From: Candidatus Lloydbacteria bacterium RIFCSPHIGHO2_02_FULL_50_18
Lineage (GTDB): Bacteria > Patescibacteriota > Minisyncoccia > Phycocordibacterales > UBA6899
DNA: 64,000 nucleotides
Assembly (NCBI GenBank): GCA_001821395.1
Contig: MHLM01000015.1
Span: forward strand, 2,293 to 66,292
Reading direction: 5' to 3'
Positions 9,901 through 18,480 of the stretch are shown here, piece by piece. The notes below the pieces were generated by a model. That model searched no databases and was not told the origin of the DNA. It saw nothing but the letters and a program-made list of their open reading frames with translations. A program made the position numbers and the translations under genes. The stretch's first letter is position 1. The number at the start of each line of letters is the position of its first letter.

Positions 9901-10358
9901 TCTTTAATGTAGGTGTACTTTTCTTCAAATTTCGTCGACAGTGGGTCCTTGCGCGGAAGGAGAGCAAACACCGACTCAAGGATCTCCAGTTGCGTCAGTT
10001 CATCGGCTGCCACAAAATCAGCACCATCGTAAAAATATTCGGGATACGACGAGATCACCTCTCTCGCGAAACCGTGAAAAGTATAGACCGCAACCTTGTA
10101 TCCGGATGGGCCGATGATCGCTGCGAGGCGCTCGCGCATGTTCACCTGCGCCGCGTCAGTAAAAGTAAGACAGAGGATGTTCCCCGGTCTGATGTCGGTG
10201 CATTTAAGAATATTTCCAACACGAAGCGAAAGCACTTGTGTCTTCCCCGTCCCGGGGCCGGCGATGACCATAACCGGCCCGTCGATAGTGTCGACTGCTT
10301 TTTTTTGTTCCGGATTCAGATTCTTGTAGGCTGCTTCGAATTGAGGTGTGGTCGACAT
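6990..10358 (-). CDS. UvrD/PcrA-family helicase fused to a C-terminal RecB-type PD-(D/E)XK nuclease (AddA-like helicase-nuclease)
   Basis: Walker A GPGTGKTQVL, UvrD motifs (DEFQDTN, VGDDDQAIYRFQGA, KNYRST), and a C-terminal nuclease with GKIDKM...VIDFKTGK...QLVFYKIL. Probable start at MSTTPQF. Confidence 0.85.
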   Translation of the reverse strand: MSTTPQFEAAYKNLNPEQKKAVDTIDGPVMVIAGPGTGKTQVLSLRVGNILKCTDIRPGNILCLTFTDAAQVNMRERLAAIIGPSGYKVAVYTFHGFAREVISSYPEYFYDGADFVAADELTQLEILESVFALLPRKDPLSTKFEEKYTYIKDAKRAIGLLKQAGITPHEFVELIEGNERSLEHINTLLGKIFAERLSKNSFDPIAAIAKELAAEGGAPVPLDARLPISASIGLSLTRALRLSIDEEKTAPLSAWKQSWMKTTDADERVFKDTLYLDKMRSLADIYARYREEMRKEGYYDFDDMLLDVVSTLEDHPSLLADLQERYQYILVDEFQDTNDAQLRLVRHLGNAPVNEGKANIMIVGDDDQAIYRFQGAEISNILDFPKHYKDHALIVLTKNYRSTQDILDVAREVIEKSDERLERVIPTLEKKLIAARPELGKGNIEHMLLPTRAHEYAYVAHEVKRLISEGVPAKEIAIISRRHRELEDIARVLVRSGMPITYERKQNVFEEEHIRIIVTLARFIVTLLKSDQKEADQYLPEILTAPFWGISRKDIWDLSVAANRRDDRLWIGAMKEHPNEKLRIIGEWLIEIAARSQHEPLERILDELIGSDGVLLPGGGEDAHDESIKPFVSDKKPSTWKSPFREFYFGPIARRNNEPRYLLFLSSLRVFVGSLREFRKGKQLTLSHLVEFADMHERNGISLADTTPFASAANAVNLMTAHKAKGLEFDAVFVISCQEEVWAGRGFPNKLPFPINLPIEREEGGDDRLRIFYVALTRAKRHLCLSAYRKDDAGKDTLTVHYIKPDKPEGSLATHVAQNETSVSAEEIVQAIAGVPDHPSFYPIVPGEQAILAELVKDYRMSVTHLNNFLNVTIGGPTAFLEQNLLRFPQAMSPSSAFGSAMHKAIEIFYRHLHKSGKIPSKADLVRFFDEAIEKERMMRSERTHFRDHGREALDVWWEKRGKTAKKADRSEADFRAQGVVLEDVQLTGKIDKMVEEEGNMHVIDFKTGKAKYDWDGKDAREKVTLHNYKRQLVFYKILVENSHEFANWKVHEGTLEFLEPVDGEIRSLSLSITDEDVARLKQLIQAVHKKIISLDFPDVSKYSPDLAGIEQFEEDLIAGAV

Positions 10359-10499
10359 GGAACGATTGTACCATGCAGGGAAACAACAGATCATCAAATA
10401 ACCACAGCTGCGAGGCGCAGAGGGTGGTCACGTGCCAAAGCAGGTATTGATTATTTGGTCATTTCGAAGAAAAAAACCGCACGGATGTGCGGTCTAAAC

Positions 10500-11129
10500 T
10501 TAGTCGGATATAAGCAATTCAACAAGCTCCGGATAATCAGAGATCACCTTGTTCTGCAGCGACGCGGCAACGAGAACTTCCGTCAACTGCATATCCAACT
10601 CGATGTCAGACAGGCCTTTTCCGTCAAGTATCTCGGACAGGGATTGCATCTCCATGAAGGCATTATCGCCGAATGCGGCAGAATGCTTTCTTCTCATTGA
10701 CTTCATCGTACGGATACCGGACTCCGGAAACCATCGACGACGGAACAACACCCTGCCGCGCGCCAGGGCAATGGCAGATAAGAACCAAAACTGCTTTATA
10801 TGGATATCCCCGTAACCGGCAAACTGAGGGCTGTGCAACTTGCGGGCAATACCACAGAGCCATAAAGCATAGCATTCATGATTCTTGGGAAACGTCACGA
10901 TATTCTTTGCATTCGAACTTCCGGAGGGAACTTTTCCCAATACGCTTGCGACAATTCCCACACGTATCCCGGGCATACCCCCCTCAGGATAATCCTGGAG
11001 AGAAACGATCGACGCAGGTGCATGCCCGCGTGCTACGAATACGAGATTATCAAGCCTGCGGATCTCACCGACAAGGTCCAGCAAAGAGAGCCGGACGTCA
11101 GATTGATCACCAGTGTCCATCTCATCCAT
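10500..11129 (-). CDS. Hypothetical protein (209 aa)
   Basis: Long ORF in codirectional gene context. No domain recognised by eye. Confidence 0.45.
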   Translation of the reverse strand: MDEMDTGDQSDVRLSLLDLVGEIRRLDNLVFVARGHAPASIVSLQDYPEGGMPGIRVGIVASVLGKVPSGSSNAKNIVTFPKNHECYALWLCGIARKLHSPQFAGYGDIHIKQFWFLSAIALARGRVLFRRRWFPESGIRTMKSMRRKHSAAFGDNAFMEMQSLSEILDGKGLSDIELDMQLTEVLVAASLQNKVISDYPELVELLISD

Positions 11130-11357
11130 GTTTTTCTCCCATTACTTCTTGGCTCACTATAATGAGTAATATCCAGTCAGTCAACTCTTCGCGTTGCTCC
11201 TTCAGCGTAGCCGGAGAAATGAACGCATCGGAAAAGATAGAGTTAACTGTTGTGCGCTAGCGCCCAAGGAACCAAAAAACAAAAAAGCCTATGATCGCTA
11301 AGGTAAATACGATAAGGGTAACCGCAACGGCATTTTTTAACCACATAGAAATAAAGA

Positions 11358-12752
11358 TTAATGTATTGAAAATTCCTCAGAGTGCACACAGCTCACCGGG
11401 ACCTGCCACTTTGCAAACTGAGACTTGATCGATCTCATCATGGGGGGTGGTCCGCACACAAAGATCTCCTTTCCTAGTAGATTTTTACTTTCGGCCGCAA
11501 TGGCATCTGCCGACAAATACCCCTTCTCTACTCCATACCAAGGGATAAGGCGGAAATTCGGATTCGTTGCCGCAATCGAGCACAACTCTTCGTTCCATGC
11601 CGCACCCTCAGATGACATCGCCGAATAATACATATCTACCTTATAGTCGCTCTCTTTGGTCAGACTTCGTGCCATAGAGAGAAACGGTGTGACGCCGATC
11701 CCTCCGGCGATCCATATCTGCTCCTTGCAGGGATAATAGACATATGATGTCCTCCCGAAAGGACCCTCGATAACCGCGCGAGACCCGGGCATTATCCGAT
11801 TCAATTGTTTCGTATAATCACCGAGGGCCTTGACTCCGATCGAAAGTTTATCGGTTCCCGGTGACGAAGTGAGCGAGAACGGATGCACTTCCTCGAGTCC
11901 CCTGGTATCGGGAAATCCGATGAACACAAATTGACCGGGCGTGTAGCTCATCGGTTTTCCGTCCTTGGCATGCATGACGATCTCGACGATGCTCGGATTT
12001 ATCTGTTTCACTTCATCAACCACATATTCGCGTCTTGGGATCAACAATGCGCCAAGGATCGTACGATACATGATACTTGCAAAGCCGATGGCCGCGAGAA
12101 ACCACATGTAGTACTGAAGTACGGGAGATCGCGTCACATCGCTAGAGACGAAGAGCGCATGAAGCGCGCCGAAGAAAAAAGCGAAACCGAGAAATTTGTG
12201 CGTGAGCTTCCAAGTATGATATGGCAGCTTGATAAAAAAAGTAAGCACGAGAAACAGTATCATGAGGAGAAGTGCAACAACACCGAATAGATATGAGCAT
12301 TCAGGGTTAACGAGACTGAACTGCGCAAAACAGAACGGATTTGCAATATAAAGCACATAACTGCTCTTCAATCCGATCGCCCCAAAACCAAGATACTGCG
12401 CGACCAACAATATCGGATGAACAAGCAGAAGAATGAACGAGACTCCGCCCAAAATATGATGCACGATATACACCCGATTCATGCCGCCAAAGAGACTCTC
12501 GAGGAAGCGGAGGCGCGCACCAAGCACGAGGTTAAGCGCAAACATCGCCATGCCGACCAGACCGAGCGCTTGCCCGAGCGCCTGCATCGTGAGGGAAAAA
12601 CTAAATGCTCCATGGCTGATAAAACGCTGATGGAGAGGAAGTGGTGTAAAAAACCAAAAGACGAGCGGAAGGAAGGACAGAAATAGCATTAGTGGCCACC
12701 CAAGTTTTGAGACACGAGGAAATTTCATTGCTTCATTGTAACACCTCACCAA
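11358..12752 (-). CDS. Ferric-reductase/NOX-family flavocytochrome (ferric reductase TM domain + FAD + NAD(P)H binding)
   Basis: Six-TM N-terminus with paired His, FAD motif HPFSLTSSP, NAD(P)H motif GGIGVTPFLSM, C-terminal CGPPPM. Confidence 0.8.
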   Translation of the reverse strand: MVRCYNEAMKFPRVSKLGWPLMLFLSFLPLVFWFFTPLPLHQRFISHGAFSFSLTMQALGQALGLVGMAMFALNLVLGARLRFLESLFGGMNRVYIVHHILGGVSFILLLVHPILLVAQYLGFGAIGLKSSYVLYIANPFCFAQFSLVNPECSYLFGVVALLLMILFLVLTFFIKLPYHTWKLTHKFLGFAFFFGALHALFVSSDVTRSPVLQYYMWFLAAIGFASIMYRTILGALLIPRREYVVDEVKQINPSIVEIVMHAKDGKPMSYTPGQFVFIGFPDTRGLEEVHPFSLTSSPGTDKLSIGVKALGDYTKQLNRIMPGSRAVIEGPFGRTSYVYYPCKEQIWIAGGIGVTPFLSMARSLTKESDYKVDMYYSAMSSEGAAWNEELCSIAATNPNFRLIPWYGVEKGYLSADAIAAESKNLLGKEIFVCGPPPMMRSIKSQFAKWQVPVSCVHSEEFSIH

Positions 12753-13228
12753 CTGCCGGAAAACTCATCATGACCGCCCGAAAGAAACTCTTCGATCCTC
12801 CGTTTTGTCGCAGGGGCGATATCTTCCGGCAGTTGATCGATCGGAAAAAAGCGACGCTCCGCGATCTCAAGATTCGGCCTCCAAAGATCAAGCTCCTCCC
12901 ACTCACCGGCCACATACACATGCATCGTGATCGTCGTAAAAAAACGTTTCTCAGAGTAGGTACCGAGTTTGCGCACGATATTTCTGATGAACACCCGAGC
13001 CTCCTCTTTGGTCTCTCGGATAGCGGCGGACTCCGGTGCCTCAAGCGACTCGATCTTTCCTCCGGGAAACTCCCAGTGAGGACGATAAGTTGTCTTGATC
13101 AGCAAAATTTCCCCATGCCGTTCGACGAGGGCTTGTGCACCGTTCAGCTGGATTCCTAATAACGATTCCGCACCGACAAGCGTACGGTACAGATAATTGA
13201 GGGCTGGAGAATAGGTGATCATACTCAA
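12746..13228 (-). CDS. NUDIX hydrolase
   Basis: Nudix box GGKIESLEAPESAAIRETKEEARV. Confidence 0.8.
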   Translation of the reverse strand: MSMITYSPALNYLYRTLVGAESLLGIQLNGAQALVERHGEILLIKTTYRPHWEFPGGKIESLEAPESAAIRETKEEARVFIRNIVRKLGTYSEKRFFTTITMHVYVAGEWEELDLWRPNLEIAERRFFPIDQLPEDIAPATKRRIEEFLSGGHDEFSGSW

Positions 13229-15057
13229 TTATATCCTACTGCCTGGAGGGCAAAAAGTCGTGCGTATTCTCCCCCAAGAGCGACCAGCTCCTCGTGGGTC
13301 CCCGACTCCTTGATCGTCCCGTCCAAGAGTACGATGATCTTGTCAGCGTGCCGCACCGTAGAAAATCGGTGTGAGATAAGGATGACGGTGCGGTCCTTCG
13401 GCAGTGCTTCAAGCTTTTCAAAGATGTGCGCCTCAGATTCGGCATCGACCGAGGCGGTCGGCTCATCGAATATCCATATCCGTGGATCGCGATAAAAGAC
13501 CCGTGCGATGGCAAGCTTCTGTTTTTGCCCAATGGACGGCTCGATGCCATTATCAAACTCTTTCCCCAGTACCGAGTCGTACCCTTTCGGCAGATTCCCG
13601 ACAAAAGATTCGGCCTCGCTTTTCATCGCCGCATCCTCGATCAGGTGCATGTCTTCCGAGCTCGATGAATCACCCAATGCGATCGCTTCTTTGATCGTAA
13701 AACTGTCATAGGTCGAATATTCCTGAAAGAGCGCGCCGATCATTCCATACCAGCTCTTCTGTTCGACCAACCGCAGGTCTGTTCCATCGACCGTGATCTT
13801 CCCCATGGTGGGGTCGTAAAAGCGCGCGAGCAATTTGATGAGCGTTGTCTTCCCCGCCCCGTTCAATCCGACGATGGCGAGCTTTGTTCCGGCGGGAATA
13901 TGCAGATCAATATCGCGGAGGATCGGGGTAGTCGAATCCGGATATGAAAAATCAACATGATCAAATACGATATCGGGCGTCTTAGCGGAGTCCAATATGA
14001 TGGGGTGTTCCGCCTCCGCAATCATCCCGGGAAGATCGAGCAGCTTGAACACATCCGTGACGAAAAGATTATCCTGGTACTGGACGCCGAGATTCGAAAA
14101 GAACCCTGAGAGCGACATACTCAGTCCCCCCATCGAGGAAAGAAGGAACACGAAAGTACCGATGGCGATCTCACCGGCGAGCACCTGATGCACGAACCAC
14201 AACGCAGAGATACCAATAGTAAGCTGTGCAAAAAATTGGGTTGAGAGCTGAAGCAGTAACTTGTGACGATCTGCACGAATTTGTTCAGACTGAAATGAGG
14301 CATACAGTTCACCGATAAGTGACATGAATTTTTTCACATTCTGGAACAGTTTGAGTTCGATCAGATGTCGCACGTGCACGGTATGCTCCGTAAGTGCCCA
14401 GAATCGCCGCCGACGCGCCGCCCCCGAGCCATAGATACTCCACACCTCTCTTCCGTATTTTATCTCTATATAAAGGCTGGGTATCGTACCGACCACGAGC
14501 AAAAGGAGCAGCCACCACGTCGCATATCCCAATACGACCATAGCGATGATGATCTCAAAAATATTCTGCAAAATGAAAAGTTGACGACTTGCAAAACTCT
14601 CCATACGCCACACACCGCTTTCTTTCACCTTAAGAAAGATATCCTGCAATGCGGGGTCCTCGTGACTGGCAACATCAAGCACGGCCATCTTGGAATACAC
14701 GAGCATCGTAAACAATTCCTCAAAATAAAAACGAAATACCTTGTTGTAATACCACTGAAGCGTATAGACGAGCGGGGGCAAGACCTCCGAAAAGATCAGA
14801 AACCCCACATACAGCAATATCTCTTTATCGAAAACGCCTTTTCCTACGGCACCCAAAAGATGGTTAATGAGCAGAGCCACTGCGCCCGTCCGCAGAAACG
14901 GCATCGCTGCGCCGAATACATACAATGCACCAACGGAAGTCAGAAGCAATTTTCGTCCTCCCCAGACGATAAGCCAAACACGCTTCATGTTGATGAGCGT
15001 TGAGACGAGCGCAGACAAGCGCAGTGTTTCTTGATGTTCAGGGTTCGATCGTGGCAT
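13225..15057 (-). CDS. ABC exporter, fused permease + ATPase (MsbA-like)
   Basis: Six-TM N-terminal domain; Walker A GLNGAGKTT, signature LSGGQKQKLAIAR, Walker B IWIFDEPTASVD. Confidence 0.9.
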   Translation of the reverse strand: MPRSNPEHQETLRLSALVSTLINMKRVWLIVWGGRKLLLTSVGALYVFGAAMPFLRTGAVALLINHLLGAVGKGVFDKEILLYVGFLIFSEVLPPLVYTLQWYYNKVFRFYFEELFTMLVYSKMAVLDVASHEDPALQDIFLKVKESGVWRMESFASRQLFILQNIFEIIIAMVVLGYATWWLLLLLVVGTIPSLYIEIKYGREVWSIYGSGAARRRRFWALTEHTVHVRHLIELKLFQNVKKFMSLIGELYASFQSEQIRADRHKLLLQLSTQFFAQLTIGISALWFVHQVLAGEIAIGTFVFLLSSMGGLSMSLSGFFSNLGVQYQDNLFVTDVFKLLDLPGMIAEAEHPIILDSAKTPDIVFDHVDFSYPDSTTPILRDIDLHIPAGTKLAIVGLNGAGKTTLIKLLARFYDPTMGKITVDGTDLRLVEQKSWYGMIGALFQEYSTYDSFTIKEAIALGDSSSSEDMHLIEDAAMKSEAESFVGNLPKGYDSVLGKEFDNGIEPSIGQKQKLAIARVFYRDPRIWIFDEPTASVDAESEAHIFEKLEALPKDRTVILISHRFSTVRHADKIIVLLDGTIKESGTHEELVALGGEYARLFALQAVGYN

Positions 15058-15111
15058 ACATACTGAGGCGTTAAGCCTCGACGCTCATTTTAACATATTT
15101 AACGCCCTAGC

Positions 15112-15160
15112 TGTGGACCATAACGGAATCTCCACCTACCGTGGCGGGTGGATTCTCCTA
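15112..15160. repeat. Degenerate direct repeat of the tRNA-Ala(GGC) 3' end plus a degenerate copy of the conserved arm element; putative attR of the defense island
   Basis: gtggaccat matches the tRNA-Ala(GGC) acceptor 3' strand at 22272-22280. The following aacggaatctccacctaccgtggcgggtggattctcc is ~75% identical to GGAATCTCGGCTACCGCCGCGGGTGATATTC. Confidence 0.5.
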
Positions 15161-15177
15161 CGGAACAATACAAATTG

Positions 15178-17535
15178 CTATTTTACCCCCGCGTACAAAC
15201 TTCTCTGGAAATCAAAAAAGGTCGAGCGAATAGCGTCTACATCCCCGAGAATATCCACCGCATCAGCAATAGCGTGATATTTCAAATTGAGCAATTGCGG
15301 GAGCTTTTCTTCGTCGAGCTCCTCGACTCCGCGCTCGACATACTTAGCAAGTACGAACTCAAGAAAATCTTTTTGATCATCATTCAATCCGCCCAAGATT
15401 GCACTCTTGGCACCCAAAACACGATCGACGCGCGAGATTGGCTGTACGCAAAACGAGACATAAGCGAGCACGTCAAACAAATCACTGTTTTCCGCATCGA
15501 TCATCTTTTGAAGTATCTCAAGCTCATCCTTCCCATACCCCGCCTCAGCAAGCTTATCGAGAAATACTTTTCTCGTACTTGGATTGGCCCAAATTTCACG
15601 AAGCTCAACTTCATTCTTATAAAATGAAGGGAGTGCACCGAACATGTTGTTCATAAATTCCTCTACCGAGATCGGCTTCCCATCTGCGCTCCAAAATGAG
15701 GTGGAGATCATATGCTTTATTTCTCGATCCTTTCCATCCCGCAACTTTATTTTAAGCTTTTGTATGGGTGGAGGCACATCGCACACGCACGGCTTCTGTC
15801 CGCACACAACGCATGGCGCGGTCGGAGGCTTCACACACACACAGGGCGTCATACCACATGCTGCACAGGGTTGTTTCGGCGCTGGCTCCACTATCGGCTC
15901 ATCAATGGGCTCTCCGTCCCACTCAGGGTCAGCGAAGTGATGATACGCATCCACAAAGTCATAGATAGTGAAATACTCCTTTCCGTCAAAGAGCCGAGTT
16001 CCTCGTCCAACGATCTGCTTAAACTCAATCATGGAGTTTACGGGGCGCATCAGTACAATATTGCGAATGTTTCGCGCATCGACTCCCGTCGAGAGCTTTT
16101 GTGAGGTAGTGAGGATGGTGGGGATACTTTTTTCATTATCCTGGAATTCTTTCAAATACTGATCCCCGCGAGCACCGTCATTGGCCGTCACGCGCACACA
16201 ATAATTTGGCTCAGTGCTCTCTTTCATCTGATTCACCAAGTCACGCACTGCGAGTGCATGGTCTTGTGTTGCGCAAAAGATAATAGTCTTTTCGTTTTGA
16301 TTTATCTCCTCAAGTATGACGCGTACACGCTTCGCCTCACGCTCCTTGATCTCGATGATCTTATTAAAGTCCGCCTCTTCGTAGATTTTTCCTTCCTCCA
16401 CTTCCCCCTCGATGATCTGGTCGTCCGAAGTGTACACATAATCATCCATCGTCGTCTTGATACGCTTCACCTTAAATGGCGTCAGAAATCCGTCATTCAC
16501 TCCGGTTTTGAGCGAGTAAGTGTATACGGGCTTTCCGAAATAGTTGTAGGTGTCCACGTTGTCTTGCCTGCGTGGCGTCGCGGTGAGCCCAAGGTGTACC
16601 GCAGGCGCGAAGTGCTCGAGGATCGCTCGCCAATTGCTCTCATCGTTCGCACCCCCACGATGACACTCGTCAATAATGATCAGATCAAAAAAGTCCGAGG
16701 GATAGTCCCCGAAATATGGCGAACCATTTTGCCCGCTCATAAAAGTCTGGAATATGGTGAAAAAGATGCTCCCATTTGTGGGCACAGCACCCTTCTTCCG
16801 TATATCAAGTGGATTAATGCGCACAAGTGCATCCTCATGGAAAGCCGAGAATGAATTAAATGCCTGATTTGCTAAAATATTTCTGTCGGCAAGAAAGAGG
16901 ATTCTCGGGCGCCTCCCTCCATCTCGCGCCAAGTTCCATCGTGACTGAAAAAGCTTCCACGCGATCTGAAATGCAATAAAAGTTTTCCCCGTGCCTGTCG
17001 CAAGCGTTAGAAGCGCCCGTTGCTTGTTTTCCGCAATTGCATCGAGTGTATTGTTCACGGCAATTTCTTGATAGTATCGCGCACTCTTTGTGCCGTTCAT
17101 ATCCTCAAACGGGACAGCGGCAAATTTCTCCTTCCATGCATTTTGGTCAGAATAGACCATGTTCCATAATTCATCAGGAGTCGGGAAACGTTCCACATAT
17201 TTCTCCGCACCCGTCTCCATGCATATCTCGTATATTTCTTTGCCGTTAGTGGCATAGGTATATTTGATCTCAAGTTTCTCAGCATAAGCCTTCGCCTGTG
17301 CGACGCCCTCCGTCGCCGAGAGTCCCTCATGCTTTGCCTCCACAACCCCGATCTTCATGTTTTTATAAACCAAAATATAGTCAGCGATCTCAGGCTTCCC
17401 GCGTACTCCACCAGTCATAATGCGTCCGAGGGTTATGCGAAACTCCCGCAGGACCTTCGATCCCTCGATCTCGCCCCATCCGGCTTCTTTCAGCTTCGGA
17501 TCAACATATTCCGCTCGTGTTTCAGATTCATTCAT
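15178..17535 (-). CDS. hsdR: Type I restriction enzyme R subunit
   Basis: N-terminal PD-(D/E)XK (ADYILVY...VVEAKH), helicase motifs LATGTGKT / DECH, typical HsdR layout. The C-terminal third carries an unusual Cys-rich tandem motif. Confidence 0.9.
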   Translation of the reverse strand: MNESETRAEYVDPKLKEAGWGEIEGSKVLREFRITLGRIMTGGVRGKPEIADYILVYKNMKIGVVEAKHEGLSATEGVAQAKAYAEKLEIKYTYATNGKEIYEICMETGAEKYVERFPTPDELWNMVYSDQNAWKEKFAAVPFEDMNGTKSARYYQEIAVNNTLDAIAENKQRALLTLATGTGKTFIAFQIAWKLFQSRWNLARDGGRRPRILFLADRNILANQAFNSFSAFHEDALVRINPLDIRKKGAVPTNGSIFFTIFQTFMSGQNGSPYFGDYPSDFFDLIIIDECHRGGANDESNWRAILEHFAPAVHLGLTATPRRQDNVDTYNYFGKPVYTYSLKTGVNDGFLTPFKVKRIKTTMDDYVYTSDDQIIEGEVEEGKIYEEADFNKIIEIKEREAKRVRVILEEINQNEKTIIFCATQDHALAVRDLVNQMKESTEPNYCVRVTANDGARGDQYLKEFQDNEKSIPTILTTSQKLSTGVDARNIRNIVLMRPVNSMIEFKQIVGRGTRLFDGKEYFTIYDFVDAYHHFADPEWDGEPIDEPIVEPAPKQPCAACGMTPCVCVKPPTAPCVVCGQKPCVCDVPPPIQKLKIKLRDGKDREIKHMISTSFWSADGKPISVEEFMNNMFGALPSFYKNEVELREIWANPSTRKVFLDKLAEAGYGKDELEILQKMIDAENSDLFDVLAYVSFCVQPISRVDRVLGAKSAILGGLNDDQKDFLEFVLAKYVERGVEELDEEKLPQLLNLKYHAIADAVDILGDVDAIRSTFFDFQRSLYAGVK

Positions 17536-18185
17536 GATGATTGTTTCGCACCATACTGCTTAACTGCCACACCGTCATATCTTTCTTTGAGTCCCTCATA
17601 AATAAGACTCACGAGGGGCTTATAATCATCGGCATGATCGATTTGCGCAAGCGCCTGACGGTAGCGATTCTTATTTTCCTTTTCTACTTTTATTGATATA
17701 CCAATTAACCCGTAGCGCTCCAAAATCAAATTCGCAGCAAGACGAGCAGTGCGTCCGTTCCCATCCCGAAATGGATGAACGCAGGTGATAGAATAATGCA
17801 ACCATGCCGCCAGATGAATAACTCGCTCAACCGTCTGATGGACTTTCGCCATGCTTACATTTTTTCCTCTTATTATTCCCTCTGCTTTATCTAGCGCTTG
17901 TAATTTTTTCTGCAACTCGACCTCCCTTTCGTTCATGAGGTCATTTATTTTTGAGTGATGAGGGGGGACGTGACTTGAGTCTGTTATTTCAAGATTTTCC
18001 GTTCTATACTTTCCCGCAATATCAGGCCAGGCATCTTTGAATATTTCCCGATGAATTTCCTTGATCGTTTCAATCGAAATACCCTTGTGTGATCGTGCAA
18101 ATTTTCTTACAAAACGAGAAGCGCGGATCACTCCAATCGCTTCTCGTTTTTGTAACTCTTCTTCCGAGCGCGGACACTCTACCAT
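17532..18185 (-). CDS. Fic/Doc family protein (AMPylator-type toxin domain)
   Basis: Canonical Fic motif HPFRDGNGRTARL. Confidence 0.85.
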   Translation of the reverse strand: MVECPRSEEELQKREAIGVIRASRFVRKFARSHKGISIETIKEIHREIFKDAWPDIAGKYRTENLEITDSSHVPPHHSKINDLMNEREVELQKKLQALDKAEGIIRGKNVSMAKVHQTVERVIHLAAWLHYSITCVHPFRDGNGRTARLAANLILERYGLIGISIKVEKENKNRYRQALAQIDHADDYKPLVSLIYEGLKERYDGVAVKQYGAKQSS

Positions 18186-18193
18186 GGCAATGC

Positions 18194-18388
18194 TTACGCT
18201 ACTTTTAGCGCAAGTTTTTCAAATTCCCCGCGATCAAGCTTGCTTCCCTCAAGCGCACTCGAATAATAGGCATGCTCAATATCCCAACTTTTTTCAAGGG
18301 CGGATTTTTGTTTTGGCGTAAGCTGAGAAATCTGTCGTTCTGCAACTTTCTTACTCGCCATTAACTGTACGAGCCGTAGATTCTTCAT
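18194..18388 (-). CDS. FicA-like small protein carrying the Fic inhibitory motif (SxxxEG); separate antitoxin-like gene or frameshifted N-terminus of Fic
   Basis: 64 aa; ...IEHAYYSSALEGSKLD contains S-x-x-x-E-G. Its stop lies 8 nt upstream of the Fic ATG, in a different frame. Confidence 0.5.
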   Translation of the reverse strand: MKNLRLVQLMASKKVAERQISQLTPKQKSALEKSWDIEHAYYSSALEGSKLDRGEFEKLALKVA

Positions 18389-18480
18389 GGATATGACTAT
18401 ACCACTATTTGACTATTTTACAACTCCTCATGTTTCAGGGGTGACTCCTTGGCCTTGAAAGGTGTCTCCTCGGAAACTGC

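Noticed and set aside
9807-10700. 297-aa plus-strand ORF
   Set aside because: It lies entirely antisense to the well-supported helicase-nuclease gene and to the start of the next gene, with no motifs. It is a shadow ORF.
14365-15003. 212-aa plus-strand ORF
   Set aside because: It is antisense to the ABC transporter, which has clear Walker and signature motifs.
15780-15860. CA/CACG-rich near-tandem DNA repeats (possible CRISPR-like or microsatellite)
   Set aside because: They are in frame within hsdR and encode the Cys-rich CxxCGxxPCVC motif. There is no spacer/repeat periodicity typical of CRISPR.
16258-16854. 198-aa plus-strand ORF
   Set aside because: It is antisense to hsdR, inside its helicase domain.
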